From NCBI GenBank assembly GCA_963735585.1, contig CAVTLI010000003.1, forward strand, positions 14,874 through 78,873: a DNA stretch of 64,000 nucleotides. The letters are read 5' to 3'. The position numbers and the translations under genes were made by a program. Positions 32,209 to 41,075 of the stretch are shown here, piece after piece. Position 1 is the stretch's first letter. Each line of letters opens with the position of its first letter. The notes beneath the pieces are model-generated. The model did no database searches and was not told where the DNA came from. It saw nothing but the letters and a program-made list of their open reading frames with translations. The stretch is from an uncultured Gaiellaceae bacterium. GTDB lineage: Bacteria; Actinomycetota; Thermoleophilia; Gaiellales; Gaiellaceae.

Positions 32209-33251
32209 ACGCGGCCCTTGAGCGAGCGGATCGCCTCGACGTAGGTGACCGTCTCGTTGAAGAGCCCGTGCTGGCGCACGGCCTTCGCGCCCTGGTAGTA
32301 GGCGGCCAGCGCGAGGCGCTCGTCCCCGTTGAACTCGCGCAGCAGGTGGCGCAGGAGGACGACGCCCACCTTGATGTTGCCCGCGGTCGTCTTGGGCACG
32401 CGGCGGCCGAGCAGCACCGTCTCGACGAAGTCCCACGTGGGCGGAGTCACCTGCATCACCCCGAGCGCGCCGGCATGCGAGACGACGTGGGGCTGGAAGC
32501 CGGACTCCATCCAGGCGACGGCGCGCGCGAGACTCGGGTCGACGCCATGGCTCGTCGCGATCCTCGTGATCATGTCGCGGACGGTCGAGGGCGGGGCGGC
32601 GAGCGGCGGCGGCGCTCCGGCCGGAACCTTCAGCCGCGTGCCGATCAGGAGCGGCCTCGCCGGATCGAGCCCATTCGCCCGTGCGAGCGAGCGCATGGCC
32701 ACGCCGTGCTTCTCCGCGATCGCGGTGAGCGAGTCGCCGGGCCGCACGAGGTAGCGGCGCTGCGAAGGCCTCGACGGTGCCTGCTTGCCTTCGAGCGCGG
32801 CCAGCGTCCGGGGTCCGGCGATCCCGTCCACGGTCAGCCCCGCGCGCCGTTGGAAGCTGCGGACCGCGGCGCGCGTCTCGGCTCCGAAGTAACCGTCGAT
32901 CACGCGGCCGATGCCGTGGCGGGCCAGCAGGTACTGGAGCACGGAGACGTCCCAGCCGACGCGGCCCTGCACGAGCGTTCGCTGCCCGTACAGGGGCCGG
33001 CCGAGGCGGCCGAGCGCCCTCCGCGTGCCGGCGCCGGCGATCCCGTCGACGGCCAGGTGACTCGAGCGCTGGAATGCCCGGACCGCGGTGGCGGTGCCCG
33101 GGCCGGAGACGGCGTCGATCGGACCGAGGTAGAAGCCGTACGCGCGCAGCGCGACCTGGAGCCCGGCGACCTGGGGGTTCGCGGCAGCTGGTGCCGCAAA
33201 GGCGAGCGCGGCGACCGCAGCGGCGCCGGCGAGAAGCAGGCGAAGGCGCAT
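32205..33251 (-). CDS. secreted cell-wall enzyme: 2x peptidoglycan-binding domain + LysM + SLT lytic transglycosylase domain
   Basis: Internal ATG 33251 of track ORF 32205..33449 gives signal peptide MRLRLLLAGAAAVAALAFAAPAAA. Two ...AV.AFQ....L.VDGIAG..T repeats. LysM YLVRPGDSLTAIAEKHGV. SLT AVAWMESGF...GVMQV. Confidence 0.85.
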   Translation of the reverse strand: MRLRLLLAGAAAVAALAFAAPAAANPQVAGLQVALRAYGFYLGPIDAVSGPGTATAVRAFQRSSHLAVDGIAGAGTRRALGRLGRPLYGQRTLVQGRVGWDVSVLQYLLARHGIGRVIDGYFGAETRAAVRSFQRRAGLTVDGIAGPRTLAALEGKQAPSRPSQRRYLVRPGDSLTAIAEKHGVAMRSLARANGLDPARPLLIGTRLKVPAGAPPPLAAPPSTVRDMITRIATSHGVDPSLARAVAWMESGFQPHVVSHAGALGVMQVTPPTWDFVETVLLGRRVPKTTAGNIKVGVVLLRHLLREFNGDERLALAAYYQGAKAVRQHGLFNETVTYVEAIRSLKGRV

Positions 33252-33369
33252 GGATGGACCCGTTTCGCCCCGCAGCTGCCCGCTCCTCCCTCCGCAAGCC
33301 AGCAAGAAGCGGACTGTGCGTTCGCCTGCGAACCCGGGAGCGAAGCGACCCTTCAGGGGTCTGTCGCGC

Positions 33370-33398
33370 GATCTGAATCTGCTCAGCAGATTCAGATC
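33370..33398. repeat. perfect palindrome GATCTGAATCTGC-TCA-GCAGATTCAGATC (13-bp arms)
   Basis: Read directly. It lies in the 312-nt intergenic region, 119 nt upstream of the cell-wall enzyme start (33251) and 166 nt downstream of the epimerase stop (33564). Confidence 0.9.
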
Positions 33399-33563
33399 TT
33401 GCGCCAACAAAAGTGGGCGCGCCCGGGGAGTGCGGCCCTCCCACAACACGATCGTCGACCACGAGAGCGCAGGCGAACCTGAGCAGCTCGGGCGGCACGG
33501 TCGCTGGGCGCGCCCGCACGCAGGGTAGCGCCGAATCGAGTCCCCGCAAGGTTTTTGGACGTG

Positions 33564-34499
33564 TTAAGGGCTGCGGAAGCGCGCGATCGTCTCGGCGACA
33601 CCGGTGGCGAGCGGAGTCGTCGGGAGCGGGCCGAGCGCGGCCTCCAGCGCCCTCGACTCGAGCTGAGCAGGAAAGGGGAGCGAGATCTCCTCGGCCCACG
33701 TGATCCGGCCGGCACTCGCCGGTGCCGCCGCCTCGATTGCCGCGACCACCTCGGTCATCTCGGCGCGGACGCCGGGGAAGTTCCCCACGACGGCACCCTC
33801 GGAGCAGCCCGCTGCGCGCACGAAGGCGCGGCCGACGTCGGGGGCATAGTCGTACTGAGCGGCGCCGCCGTAGCCGATCTCGAAGCCCTCGCCGCGAGCC
33901 GCCGCCGCCATCGCGACGGTGGGACCGGACGTCATCCCCTGGTCGCGCCCCGGACCGTAGACGACGTAGGGACGGATCCCGACCGACGGCACACCGCTCT
34001 CGGCCCAGTAGAGCCTTGCCGTTCCCTCGTTCGCGAGCTTGTAGACGCCGTAGAGCGTGGCCGGCGCGACGCCCCCAGACTCCGGGGCGGGCGACGGATC
34101 GTCCGGCCCGTAGACGGCGGCCGAGCTGGCATAGGCGACGCCGGGGATCCGGTCGAGCCGTGCCTTCACGGCCTCGAAGACGTTGACCGTGCCCACCACG
34201 TTCACGCGCGCGCCGAGCACGGGGTCGGCGCGGCAGAAAGGCACTTGCAGCGCGGCCAGGTGGACGACCCGCGTGATCTCGTGGTCGTCGAGCGCGCGAC
34301 CGAGCGCGTCGAGGTCGGTGATGTCGCCGCGCACGAGCGTCAGCTGCGCGACCTCCTCGGCGCTGAGGACGAGCCGCAGCCGGTGGTCTGCATCGCCGAG
34401 GTCGTAGCCGACCGGCTCGTCGCCAGCGTCGAGCACCGCCTTGACCGCCCAGGCCCCGACGCAGCCGAGGGCGCCGGTCACGAGCACGCGCTCGCTCAA
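33564..34499 (-). CDS. NAD-dependent epimerase/dehydratase family protein
   Basis: TTG 34499 overlaps the upstream stop (TTGA). VLVTGALGCVGAW (GxxGxxG), YGVYKLANE (YxxxK). Confidence 0.85.
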   Translation of the reverse strand: MSERVLVTGALGCVGAWAVKAVLDAGDEPVGYDLGDADHRLRLVLSAEEVAQLTLVRGDITDLDALGRALDDHEITRVVHLAALQVPFCRADPVLGARVNVVGTVNVFEAVKARLDRIPGVAYASSAAVYGPDDPSPAPESGGVAPATLYGVYKLANEGTARLYWAESGVPSVGIRPYVVYGPGRDQGMTSGPTVAMAAAARGEGFEIGYGGAAQYDYAPDVGRAFVRAAGCSEGAVVGNFPGVRAEMTEVVAAIEAAAPASAGRITWAEEISLPFPAQLESRALEAALGPLPTTPLATGVAETIARFRSP

Positions 34500-35230
34500 T
34501 AGACGGCCCTGCCGCCCGAGATGTCGTAGGTGGCGCCCGTGGAGAAGGAGCACTCCTCGCTCGCGAGCCACGCGACGAGCGCCGCCACCTCGTGTGTCTG
34601 ACCGAGTCGGCCCATCGGGATCTTCTCGACCATGTAGCCGATGTGCTCGTCGGACATCTGCGCGAGGAGCGGCGTCTCGATCACCGCCGGCGCGATGCAG
34701 TTGACGAGCACGTTCGTCCCGGCGAGATCCTTGCCGATCGCCTTCGTCAGTGCGATCACGGCCGCCTTCGAGGCCGAGTAGGCCGCGGCCATCGGATTGC
34801 CCTCCTTGCCCGCGATCGAGGCAACGTTGACGATCCGCCCGTAGTCGCGCTGGGTCATCCGCGCCACGGCGGCCCGGTTGCAGAAGAAGACACCGTCGGC
34901 GTTGATCGCGAGGACGCGACGCCATTCCTCGTCGCCGACGTCGACCGTGCGGAGCGAGTCGCCCGTGATCCCCGCCGAGCAGACGAGCACGTCGAGCGGC
35001 CCGAGCTCGGCCTCGGCGCGGTCGAACGCCGCGTCGATCTCGGTCGAGCTACGGACATCGCCCGTCAGCGCGAGCACGCCTGCGGGTGCGGTCTCCGTCA
35101 GGTCGAGCGAGGCGACCCGCGCGCCCTCGTCGCGCAGCCGCTCGCAGACGGCGGCGCCGATCCCGCTCGAGCCGCCGGTGACGAGCGCCACGCGGTCCGC
35201 GAACCGGTTCACCAGTCCGCTGCTCACCAA
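34496..35230 (-). CDS. SDR-family oxidoreductase (FabG-like)
   Basis: Track ORF 244 aa. [27 protein letters not shown]. Confidence 0.9.
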   Translation of the reverse strand: MVSSGLVNRFADRVALVTGGSSGIGAAVCERLRDEGARVASLDLTETAPAGVLALTGDVRSSTEIDAAFDRAEAELGPLDVLVCSAGITGDSLRTVDVGDEEWRRVLAINADGVFFCNRAAVARMTQRDYGRIVNVASIAGKEGNPMAAAYSASKAAVIALTKAIGKDLAGTNVLVNCIAPAVIETPLLAQMSDEHIGYMVEKIPMGRLGQTHEVAALVAWLASEECSFSTGATYDISGGRAVY

Positions 35231-36396
35231 TCACCAACGCTACCGTCGGTGTAGTAAACGCGCTGCGGCAGCTCCGGCTGGAACGGGTGCGCGCGCACGA
35301 CGTCGAGGTCGATCTCGACGCCGAGGCCGGGCTGCTCGCTCGGGTACGCACGCATCCCGTCCGGCTCGATCCGGTGCGACTCGGTCACGACCTCCGCTCG
35401 CCACGGCACGTCCGCGGTGACCGCCTCGCAGATCGCGTACGACGGCGTCGCCAGGCCGAGCTCGATCGACGCGGCAGTCGAGACCGGCCCCTGCGGGTTG
35501 TGCGGCGCGAGCGCGACCCGGTAGGCCTCCGCGAGCGCTGCGATCCGGCGCGCCTCGGTGAGCCCGCCGCAATGGGTGATGTCGGGCTGCAACACGCTGC
35601 AGGCGCCCTTCTCCAGCAGCTCGCGGAAGCCGTGGATGCCGGTCAGCCGCTCGCCCGTCGCGATCGGCGTGGTCACCGATCCCTGGATCGCGGCGATGTC
35701 GTCGGCGCGCTCCGGCCAGCACGGCTCCTCGAGCCAGTAGAGCCCGAACGGCTCGAGCGCCGCGGCGAAGAGGTGGCCCATCCGCGGGCTCGGACGCGCA
35801 TGGCAGTCGACCATCAGGTCGATCTCGTCGCCGACGGCCTCGCGCATCGCTGCGACGCACCGCTCGGCGTGGCGAACGGGCGCGAGCCCTTCGAGCGGCA
35901 TGGTCGGCGGCACCGCCATCGTCTTGAAAGCGGTGAAGCCGTCCTCGACCATCGCACTCGCGAGCTCGGCGAAGCGCTGCGGCTCGTCGTTGCCGTAGAA
36001 GTCCTCCATCAGTCCGCCGCCGAGATGACCGTAGAGGCGGACGTAGTCGCGGACGCGCCCGCCCCACAGGCGGTGGCAGGGAACGCCGTGCACCTTGCCG
36101 AGGATGTCCCAGAGCGCGATGTCGATACCGGACAAGGCGGTGCCGCGCACGATGTCGCCGCCGTGCCAGAAGTGCTGGCGGAACATCGTCTGCCAGAGAT
36201 GCTCGATCCGGGTCGGGTCCTCGCCCACCACGAGCTCGGCCAGATCCTCGATCGCGCCCACGACCGCCCGCGTGTGCCACTCGAGCGTCGCCTCGCCCCA
36301 GCCGTGCAGCCCAGGCTCGTCCGTGAGCACGCGCACGAAGATCCAGTTCCGCATCCGCGCGTTACAGACGTGCGCCTCGACAGCGGTGATCCTCAC
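35224..36396 (-). CDS. enolase-superfamily acid-sugar dehydratase (D-galactonate/D-mannonate dehydratase-like)
   Basis: Track ORF 390 aa. [10 protein letters not shown]...[24 protein letters not shown]..., [23 protein letters not shown]. Confidence 0.9.
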   Translation of the reverse strand: MRITAVEAHVCNARMRNWIFVRVLTDEPGLHGWGEATLEWHTRAVVGAIEDLAELVVGEDPTRIEHLWQTMFRQHFWHGGDIVRGTALSGIDIALWDILGKVHGVPCHRLWGGRVRDYVRLYGHLGGGLMEDFYGNDEPQRFAELASAMVEDGFTAFKTMAVPPTMPLEGLAPVRHAERCVAAMREAVGDEIDLMVDCHARPSPRMGHLFAAALEPFGLYWLEEPCWPERADDIAAIQGSVTTPIATGERLTGIHGFRELLEKGACSVLQPDITHCGGLTEARRIAALAEAYRVALAPHNPQGPVSTAASIELGLATPSYAICEAVTADVPWRAEVVTESHRIEPDGMRAYPSEQPGLGVEIDLDVVRAHPFQPELPQRVYYTDGSVGDW

Positions 36397-36405
36397 GTCC
36401 GGCCG

Positions 36406-36445
36406 CCTTTCGCTCCCGCCCGGCGGAGCCGGGCTCCGCGAAAGG
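36406..36445 (-). promoter_or_regulatory. strong two-tier stem-loop between the ceramidase-like gene and the dehydratase gene. Its 3' arm (minus-strand RNA) contains the only SD-like GAAAGG before GTG 36396
   Basis: CCTTTCGC...GCCCGGC-GGA-GCCGGGC...GCGAAAGG read directly. It could be a terminator/attenuator or an SD-sequestering structure. Confidence 0.4.
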
Positions 36446-36531
36446 CTGACGCTCGCGGCGCTCCAGCCGGCGGGGACCGTACTGTCCCCGGCCTACGCAC
36501 CGCGAGCGACGCCCCAGGAACGTGAGGCACT

Positions 36532-37902
36532 TCATGCCAGACCCCGGAGCAGCGCGACGCTCTCGTCGACGACGCGGTCGACCTCGCCGCGGTCGACGTT
36601 CGAGTTCGTGATCCCGTACGCCCACCGGTACCGATCCTGGTCGAGCAGGTCGTCGAGGCCGACGCCGTCGAGCAGGTCGAGATCCTCGTCCCCGGGCAGA
36701 TAGCCCGCGTAGTCGTTCGAGTACCCGAGCGCGAAGGTGGTCTCGAACGGGCTGCCCGCGCGAATGCGCTGCCCCTGCTCGTTGAAGAGCTCGAACGGGT
36801 TCGCCGCGATCGCGGCTCCGCCGATCCGGAGCGCCTGCAGCTCGGCCCGGACGGGGGTGTCGGCGCGCTGGATCATGTCGGCGTACATCGCGAGCGCGCC
36901 GAGCTGATAGCCGAGCGGGAAGTCCTGCGCGGAGGTGGCGGTGTGCACATCGTCGGCCCAGGTCTCGGGGAGCTCGCCCACCGGCTCCCCTGCGAGCTCC
37001 GCCCGGCGCGACTCGAGCTCGTCGAGGCTCCAGGGGATCCGGCGGCGGCGCAGCTCGACGGTCGTCGAGGCCGCACCCAGCTCGACCTCGCCGCTCGTCT
37101 CGATTCCCGGGAGCGTCGCGAGCACCGAGCCGGCGACCGCCTGCCCGAACTCGTCGCGCCGCTCGAAGCTGTGGCGGCTTGCGTCGCGGTTCCCGAACCA
37201 GTAGTCCCAGGCGGCGACGTCGCCGGCGTTGCCCGAGAGGAAGAGGCACTCGACTCCGGGCACCCCGGCCTCGACCGCATCGCGCAGCGGCCCGGGAAAG
37301 TCGGTGTTCCAGAGGGTGGTCTCACCGCCGATCAGCGTCGCGTGGCAGGCGATGCTCGCGACGACGGCGAGCGGCGAGCCGTCCTGGGCGTCGACCCGGA
37401 GCACGGGCACGGAGTCGTCGACGGGGCGCTCGTGGCGAACGCGGTTGACGGTGATCCCGGGCGCGCTCCCCACCCCCCACCCGGCGCGCGCCGGCCTGCG
37501 GCTCCGCCACGCCGCGTAGACCGCGCCCGCGAGCTGCTGCTCGACGACCTCGATGTAGCGGTCGAAGGCGGGGGCGTCGGCCAGCCCCGCGACCGACGAG
37601 CCGCGCGAGATGCTCGGCGCGCTGTGGTTGTGCGCGGCGTTCACGAGCACGGCGTCCGCAGGGATCCCGGTCAGCTCGCGCACGCGCTCGCGCACGCTCG
37701 CGGTCAGGTCCGCGCCGGCGAAGACGAGGTCGACGGCGACGATCGCGAGCGGCGAGCGGCCGTCGTCGAGGACGAGAGCCTGGCCGATCATCGGCTCGCG
37801 AACCCCGGTGGCAAGGGCGCTCCGCGCCGACCAGCAGCCCACGGGCAACCCGCAGGGCGGGGTGATGTCGACGCGAGCGACGCCGGCGGAGAGGCCGCTC
37901 AC
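36532..37902 (-). CDS. neutral/alkaline ceramidase-like amidohydrolase family protein
   Basis: GTG 37902 overlaps the upstream stop (GTGA). [31 protein letters not shown]. The family call rests on motif resemblance only. Confidence 0.7.
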   Translation of the reverse strand: MSGLSAGVARVDITPPCGLPVGCWSARSALATGVREPMIGQALVLDDGRSPLAIVAVDLVFAGADLTASVRERVRELTGIPADAVLVNAAHNHSAPSISRGSSVAGLADAPAFDRYIEVVEQQLAGAVYAAWRSRRPARAGWGVGSAPGITVNRVRHERPVDDSVPVLRVDAQDGSPLAVVASIACHATLIGGETTLWNTDFPGPLRDAVEAGVPGVECLFLSGNAGDVAAWDYWFGNRDASRHSFERRDEFGQAVAGSVLATLPGIETSGEVELGAASTTVELRRRRIPWSLDELESRRAELAGEPVGELPETWADDVHTATSAQDFPLGYQLGALAMYADMIQRADTPVRAELQALRIGGAAIAANPFELFNEQGQRIRAGSPFETTFALGYSNDYAGYLPGDEDLDLLDGVGLDDLLDQDRYRWAYGITNSNVDRGEVDRVVDESVALLRGLA

Positions 37903-38801
37903 AGCCGCGCCACCAGCTCGTCGTAGGCCTCGGGCCGTCGCTTCCGGAGCGCGAAGGCGGCGTTCTCGCGGACGCGCTCGAGCAGGTCGGGATCGAGCTC
38001 GGCCGAGATCCAGCCCGTCCCGAGCCCGGGATCGGAGCGCGCGATCGTCGAGCCGTCGGGAGCGAGGACGTAGGCGCCGCCCACGTGGGTGCTGTGCCCG
38101 TCGAAGCCGACCTGGTCCGAGAAGACCGCGTAGACCCCGTTGTCGCGGGCCAGGACGTCGTGCAGCCTGGGTGGGCTCGGCCGCTCCTCCAACAGCTCGG
38201 CCTGCGCACGCAGCAGCTCCTCGTCCGTCGCCTTGCGGTCGCGTCCGTCGAACGTCAGCGTGCCGTCCGGGGCGGGCATCGTCCTGTTCGCATGCGGAAG
38301 CAGGACGACCTCGGCGCCCTTGAGCGCCAGGATCCGCCAGCTCTCGAAGAAGTCGCTGTCGTGGCAGATCGCGGTGCCGACCGTGCAGAAGCCGAGGTCG
38401 ACCACGTTCCACTCGTAGGCCTGCCGGAAGCGGAAGAACTCGTCGTATGACGCGTGCACCTTCCGCTGCAGTCCGAGCAGGCCGTCCGGACCGACGAGCG
38501 CCGAGGTGTTGTAGTGCGTGCCGCGGTAGAGCTCGCAGAAGCCGTAGGACGCGACGATTCCGTGCTCGCGCGCCGCCTCGTGGATCGCCTGGAAGATCGG
38601 CCCGTCATGCGGCTCGGCGGAGCGGATCACCTCCTGGCTCCCGTTGTGGCCGGTCACGCCCGCCTCCGGGAAGACGACGAGGTCGCAGCCCGCCTGCGCC
38701 GTCTCGGCGATCAGGCGCAGGTGCGTCGTCAGGTTCGCGGCGACGTCGAGGTGGCGGACGTCGACCTGAGTTGCAGCGACGGTGAAGGGCCGCATCAGCA
38801 C
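37899..38801 (-). CDS. carbon-nitrogen hydrolase (nitrilase/amidase/carbamoylase superfamily)
   Basis: Track ORF 300 aa. E-K-C triad context: [28 protein letters not shown]. Confidence 0.85.
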   Translation of the reverse strand: MLMRPFTVAATQVDVRHLDVAANLTTHLRLIAETAQAGCDLVVFPEAGVTGHNGSQEVIRSAEPHDGPIFQAIHEAAREHGIVASYGFCELYRGTHYNTSALVGPDGLLGLQRKVHASYDEFFRFRQAYEWNVVDLGFCTVGTAICHDSDFFESWRILALKGAEVVLLPHANRTMPAPDGTLTFDGRDRKATDEELLRAQAELLEERPSPPRLHDVLARDNGVYAVFSDQVGFDGHSTHVGGAYVLAPDGSTIARSDPGLGTGWISAELDPDLLERVRENAAFALRKRRPEAYDELVARL

Positions 38802-39825
38802 TCAGTCGAGCTCCGAGCGGTCGACCTCGCGCGCGATCACCACGACGTTGTCACCCTGGTCGGTCGTGGCGATCGCCCGCACGACGCAGACGACTCCGTC
38901 GTTCAACGCAACAACGGGCTCCGGCTCGAGCTCGGGGCGCTCGAGCGAGTGCATCCGGCCCACGGTCTCGCCGGCCTGTACGCGCTGGCCGAGGTCGACG
39001 TGCGTCTCGAAGAGCCCGGAGACCGGCGCGAGCAGGTAGTTGTCCGCGTCGGTCGCCATCAGGATCGTCTGCGGCGGCAGCCCGAGCGACGCGCGCGTCT
39101 CGACCTCGCCCTCCAGGACACCGAAGTGGCGCAGCACGTTCGCGAGACCGCTCCGCGCGAGGCGGTGGATGGCGGCCGTGACGTGGCCGCCGCCGCCGAG
39201 CTCGGTGGAGACGACGATCTTCCCCTGCCGCTCCGCCTCGCCGACGAGCAGGCCCGTGCCGGCGATGTCGATATAGACACAGCACCAGTCGGCGTTCCAG
39301 GCGAGCATCCCGTCCGCCATCGTGCGCCGCTGAGCCGCGTCCTCGACCCAGTGCATCTCCGACCACGGCAGGCAGAGGCCGGTGCGACCGCCGCTGTGGA
39401 TGTCGACGACGACGTCGGCGCGCGGGAAGAGCTCCGTGGAGAGGTAGTGCGCGAGCTGCTCGTCTGGCGTGCCCGGTCGGGGAGCCCGGGAAGGAGCGGT
39501 TCAGGTTCGCGCCCGAGGGCCAGAGCCGCGTGTAGGCGCGCGAGGCCTCCGGCGAGAGGCAGGGGATCACGATCACGCGCCCGCTCACCTGCTCGGGCTG
39601 CAGCTCACGCGCGAGGTTGAGCGCGGCGACCTGGCCCTCCGGCTCGTCGCCGTGCACGCCGCCGAGCACCAGCACCGTCGGCCCCTCTCCATTCGAGACG
39701 GTGACGATGGGGATCCAGAGGGTCGACCAGCCGCTCTGATTCGAGGAGCGCGGCAGCTGCAATACCCCGAACTGCTTTCCGGGAGCCTCCAGATCGAGCG
39801 TGCACGTGATGGGAGAGGCGCTCAC
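38802..39825 (-). pseudogene. succinylglutamate desuccinylase/aspartoacylase (AstE/AspA, M14-like deacylase) family, apparent frameshift in the G4 run at 39479-39482
   Basis: N-terminal part is in track ORF 38851..39825 (...GGVHGDEPEGQ...NLNRSFPGSP). The remainder is in track ORF 38802..39356 and its upstream extension (..GTPDEQLAHY..DIHSGG..MHWVED...). It is collinear with the intact paralog at 42441..43475. Confidence 0.75.
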
Positions 39826-39848
39826 CGGACTCTGCGCGATCCTAGTGG

Positions 39849-39860
39849 ATTGTTGACAAT
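39849..39860. promoter_or_regulatory. dyad ATTGTTGACAAT (TTGT-N2-ACAA, GntR/FadR-type operator shape) in a divergent promoter region
   Basis: Read directly. Located 24 nt upstream of the minus-strand start at 39825. Confidence 0.4.
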
Positions 39861-39868
39861 TTCGCTAT

Positions 39869-39895
39869 GATCGACAATCTTTGGGATCGACAATC
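39869..39895. repeat. two direct repeats of GATCGACAATC (39869-39879 and 39885-39895)
   Basis: Read directly. Together with 39855-39860 this gives three same-orientation GACAAT hexamers spaced 18 and 16 nt apart, upstream of GTG 39936. Confidence 0.8.
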
Positions 39896-39935
39896 GCTGC
39901 CGACCCGGCCGCGGGCGAGAGATCGAGGAGAGCGG

Positions 39936-41075
39936 GTGCAGATCACCGACGTCGAGGCCGTCGTCCTGCGGCAGGCAGCGCTGAACGAGGGCATCGCGGA
40001 CGGTAGCCAGGACGACCTCGTCATCCTCGTCTCCACCGACGAGGGGATCACCGGCATCGGCGAGGTCGACTCGGCGCCCGAGGCGGTGCAGGCGCTCGTC
40101 CACCAGCGCGGCTCGCATGCCGTCGCAACCGGCCTGCGCGATGCGCTGATCGGCGAGGACCCGCTCGACGTGGAGCGGCTCTGGGACCGCATGTACCGAA
40201 GCCTCATCTACGTCGGACGGCGAGGAATCGCGATCCACGCGATCAGTGGGATCGACATCGCGCTCTGGGACATCAAGGGCAAGGTGCTCGGCAAGCCGGT
40301 CTGCGAGCTGCTCGGCACGCCCGTCCGGGACCGCGTGCGCGCCTACGCGTCGATGCTGATGCCGGATACGCCCGAGGAGACGTCGGAGCGGGTCGCCGAG
40401 CTGCGCGACCAGGGCTTCACGGCGGTCAAGCTCGGCTGGGGGCCGCTCGGCCGCGACGCCGGCCACGACGTGAAGCTCGCCGCGGCCGCAAAGGAGGCCG
40501 GCGGCGAGGGCACCGAGATCATGATCGACGCGGGCCTCGGTTACGTCGCCGACGCCGCCACGGCGATCCGCGTCGCGCGCGAGCTCGAGGAGCTCGGGAT
40601 CTACTGGCTCGAGGAGCCGTTCGAGCCGGACGAGTACGAGGCCTATGCGGAGCTCGCGGACAGCGTCGAGATCACGGTCGCCGCCGGCGAGCAGGACGTG
40701 ACCCGCTGGGGCTTCCGCGAGCTGATCGAGCGCGGCCACGTCGATCTCGTGCAGCCCGACGTGACCCGCTGCGGCGGGATCACCGAGACGCTGCGGATCG
40801 CAGAGCTCGCCCGCGAGCACGGGCTCCCCACCGTCCCGCACGCCTGGAAGAGCGGGATCATCAAGGCCGCCTCGCTGCACGTGAACGCGGTGCTCCCCGA
40901 CGCGCTCTTCCAGGAGTACTGCGTGGCCGACACCGAGATCAACACCCGCCTGACGCAGCAGCGCCTGCCGCTCGAAGCGGACGGCTGCGTCGCGGTGCCC
41001 ACCGCCCCCGGCCTGGGGGTCGACCTCGATCCCGACGTCTTCGAATCGCTCCGAGTGGAGGCAGTAACGCTATGA
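39936..41075 (+). CDS. enolase-superfamily enzyme (mandelate racemase/muconate lactonizing family)
   Basis: GTG 39936 (GAGGAG upstream) within track ORF 39867..41075. [42 protein letters not shown]. Confidence 0.85.
   Translation: MQITDVEAVVLRQAALNEGIADGSQDDLVILVSTDEGITGIGEVDSAPEAVQALVHQRGSHAVATGLRDALIGEDPLDVERLWDRMYRSLIYVGRRGIAIHAISGIDIALWDIKGKVLGKPVCELLGTPVRDRVRAYASMLMPDTPEETSERVAELRDQGFTAVKLGWGPLGRDAGHDVKLAAAAKEAGGEGTEIMIDAGLGYVADAATAIRVARELEELGIYWLEEPFEPDEYEAYAELADSVEITVAAGEQDVTRWGFRELIERGHVDLVQPDVTRCGGITETLRIAELAREHGLPTVPHAWKSGIIKAASLHVNAVLPDALFQEYCVADTEINTRLTQQRLPLEADGCVAVPTAPGLGVDLDPDVFESLRVEAVTL

Noticed and set aside
33370-33398. Identical peptide DLNLLSRFRS encoded on both strands (track ORFs 33250..33528 plus strand and 32205..33449 minus strand)
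   Set aside because: This is a trivial consequence of the perfect DNA palindrome. Both ORF segments lie outside the credible coding regions.
33252-33563. c-di-AMP (ydaO/yuaA-type) riboswitch upstream of the cell-wall hydrolase gene, as is common for such genes in Actinomycetota
   Set aside because: I read the minus-strand leader against the conserved elements I remember (CGCUnAAUC, GGGGGACCCA, GGGGUGAAUCC, ACCCGAACCCGnCAGCUAACCUCG). Only weak partial resemblances appear (CUGAAUC, CCCGAGCUGCUCAGG). This is not enough to call, and an Infernal scan would be needed.
39867-39935. ATG 39867 as the start of the enolase-family gene (longest ORF in the track)
   Set aside because: It would add MIDNLWDRQSLPTRPRARDRGER, which is translated straight through the GATCGACAATC direct repeats. 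GTG 39936 gives the family-typical N-terminus VQITDVEAVVL and has GAGGAG upstream.
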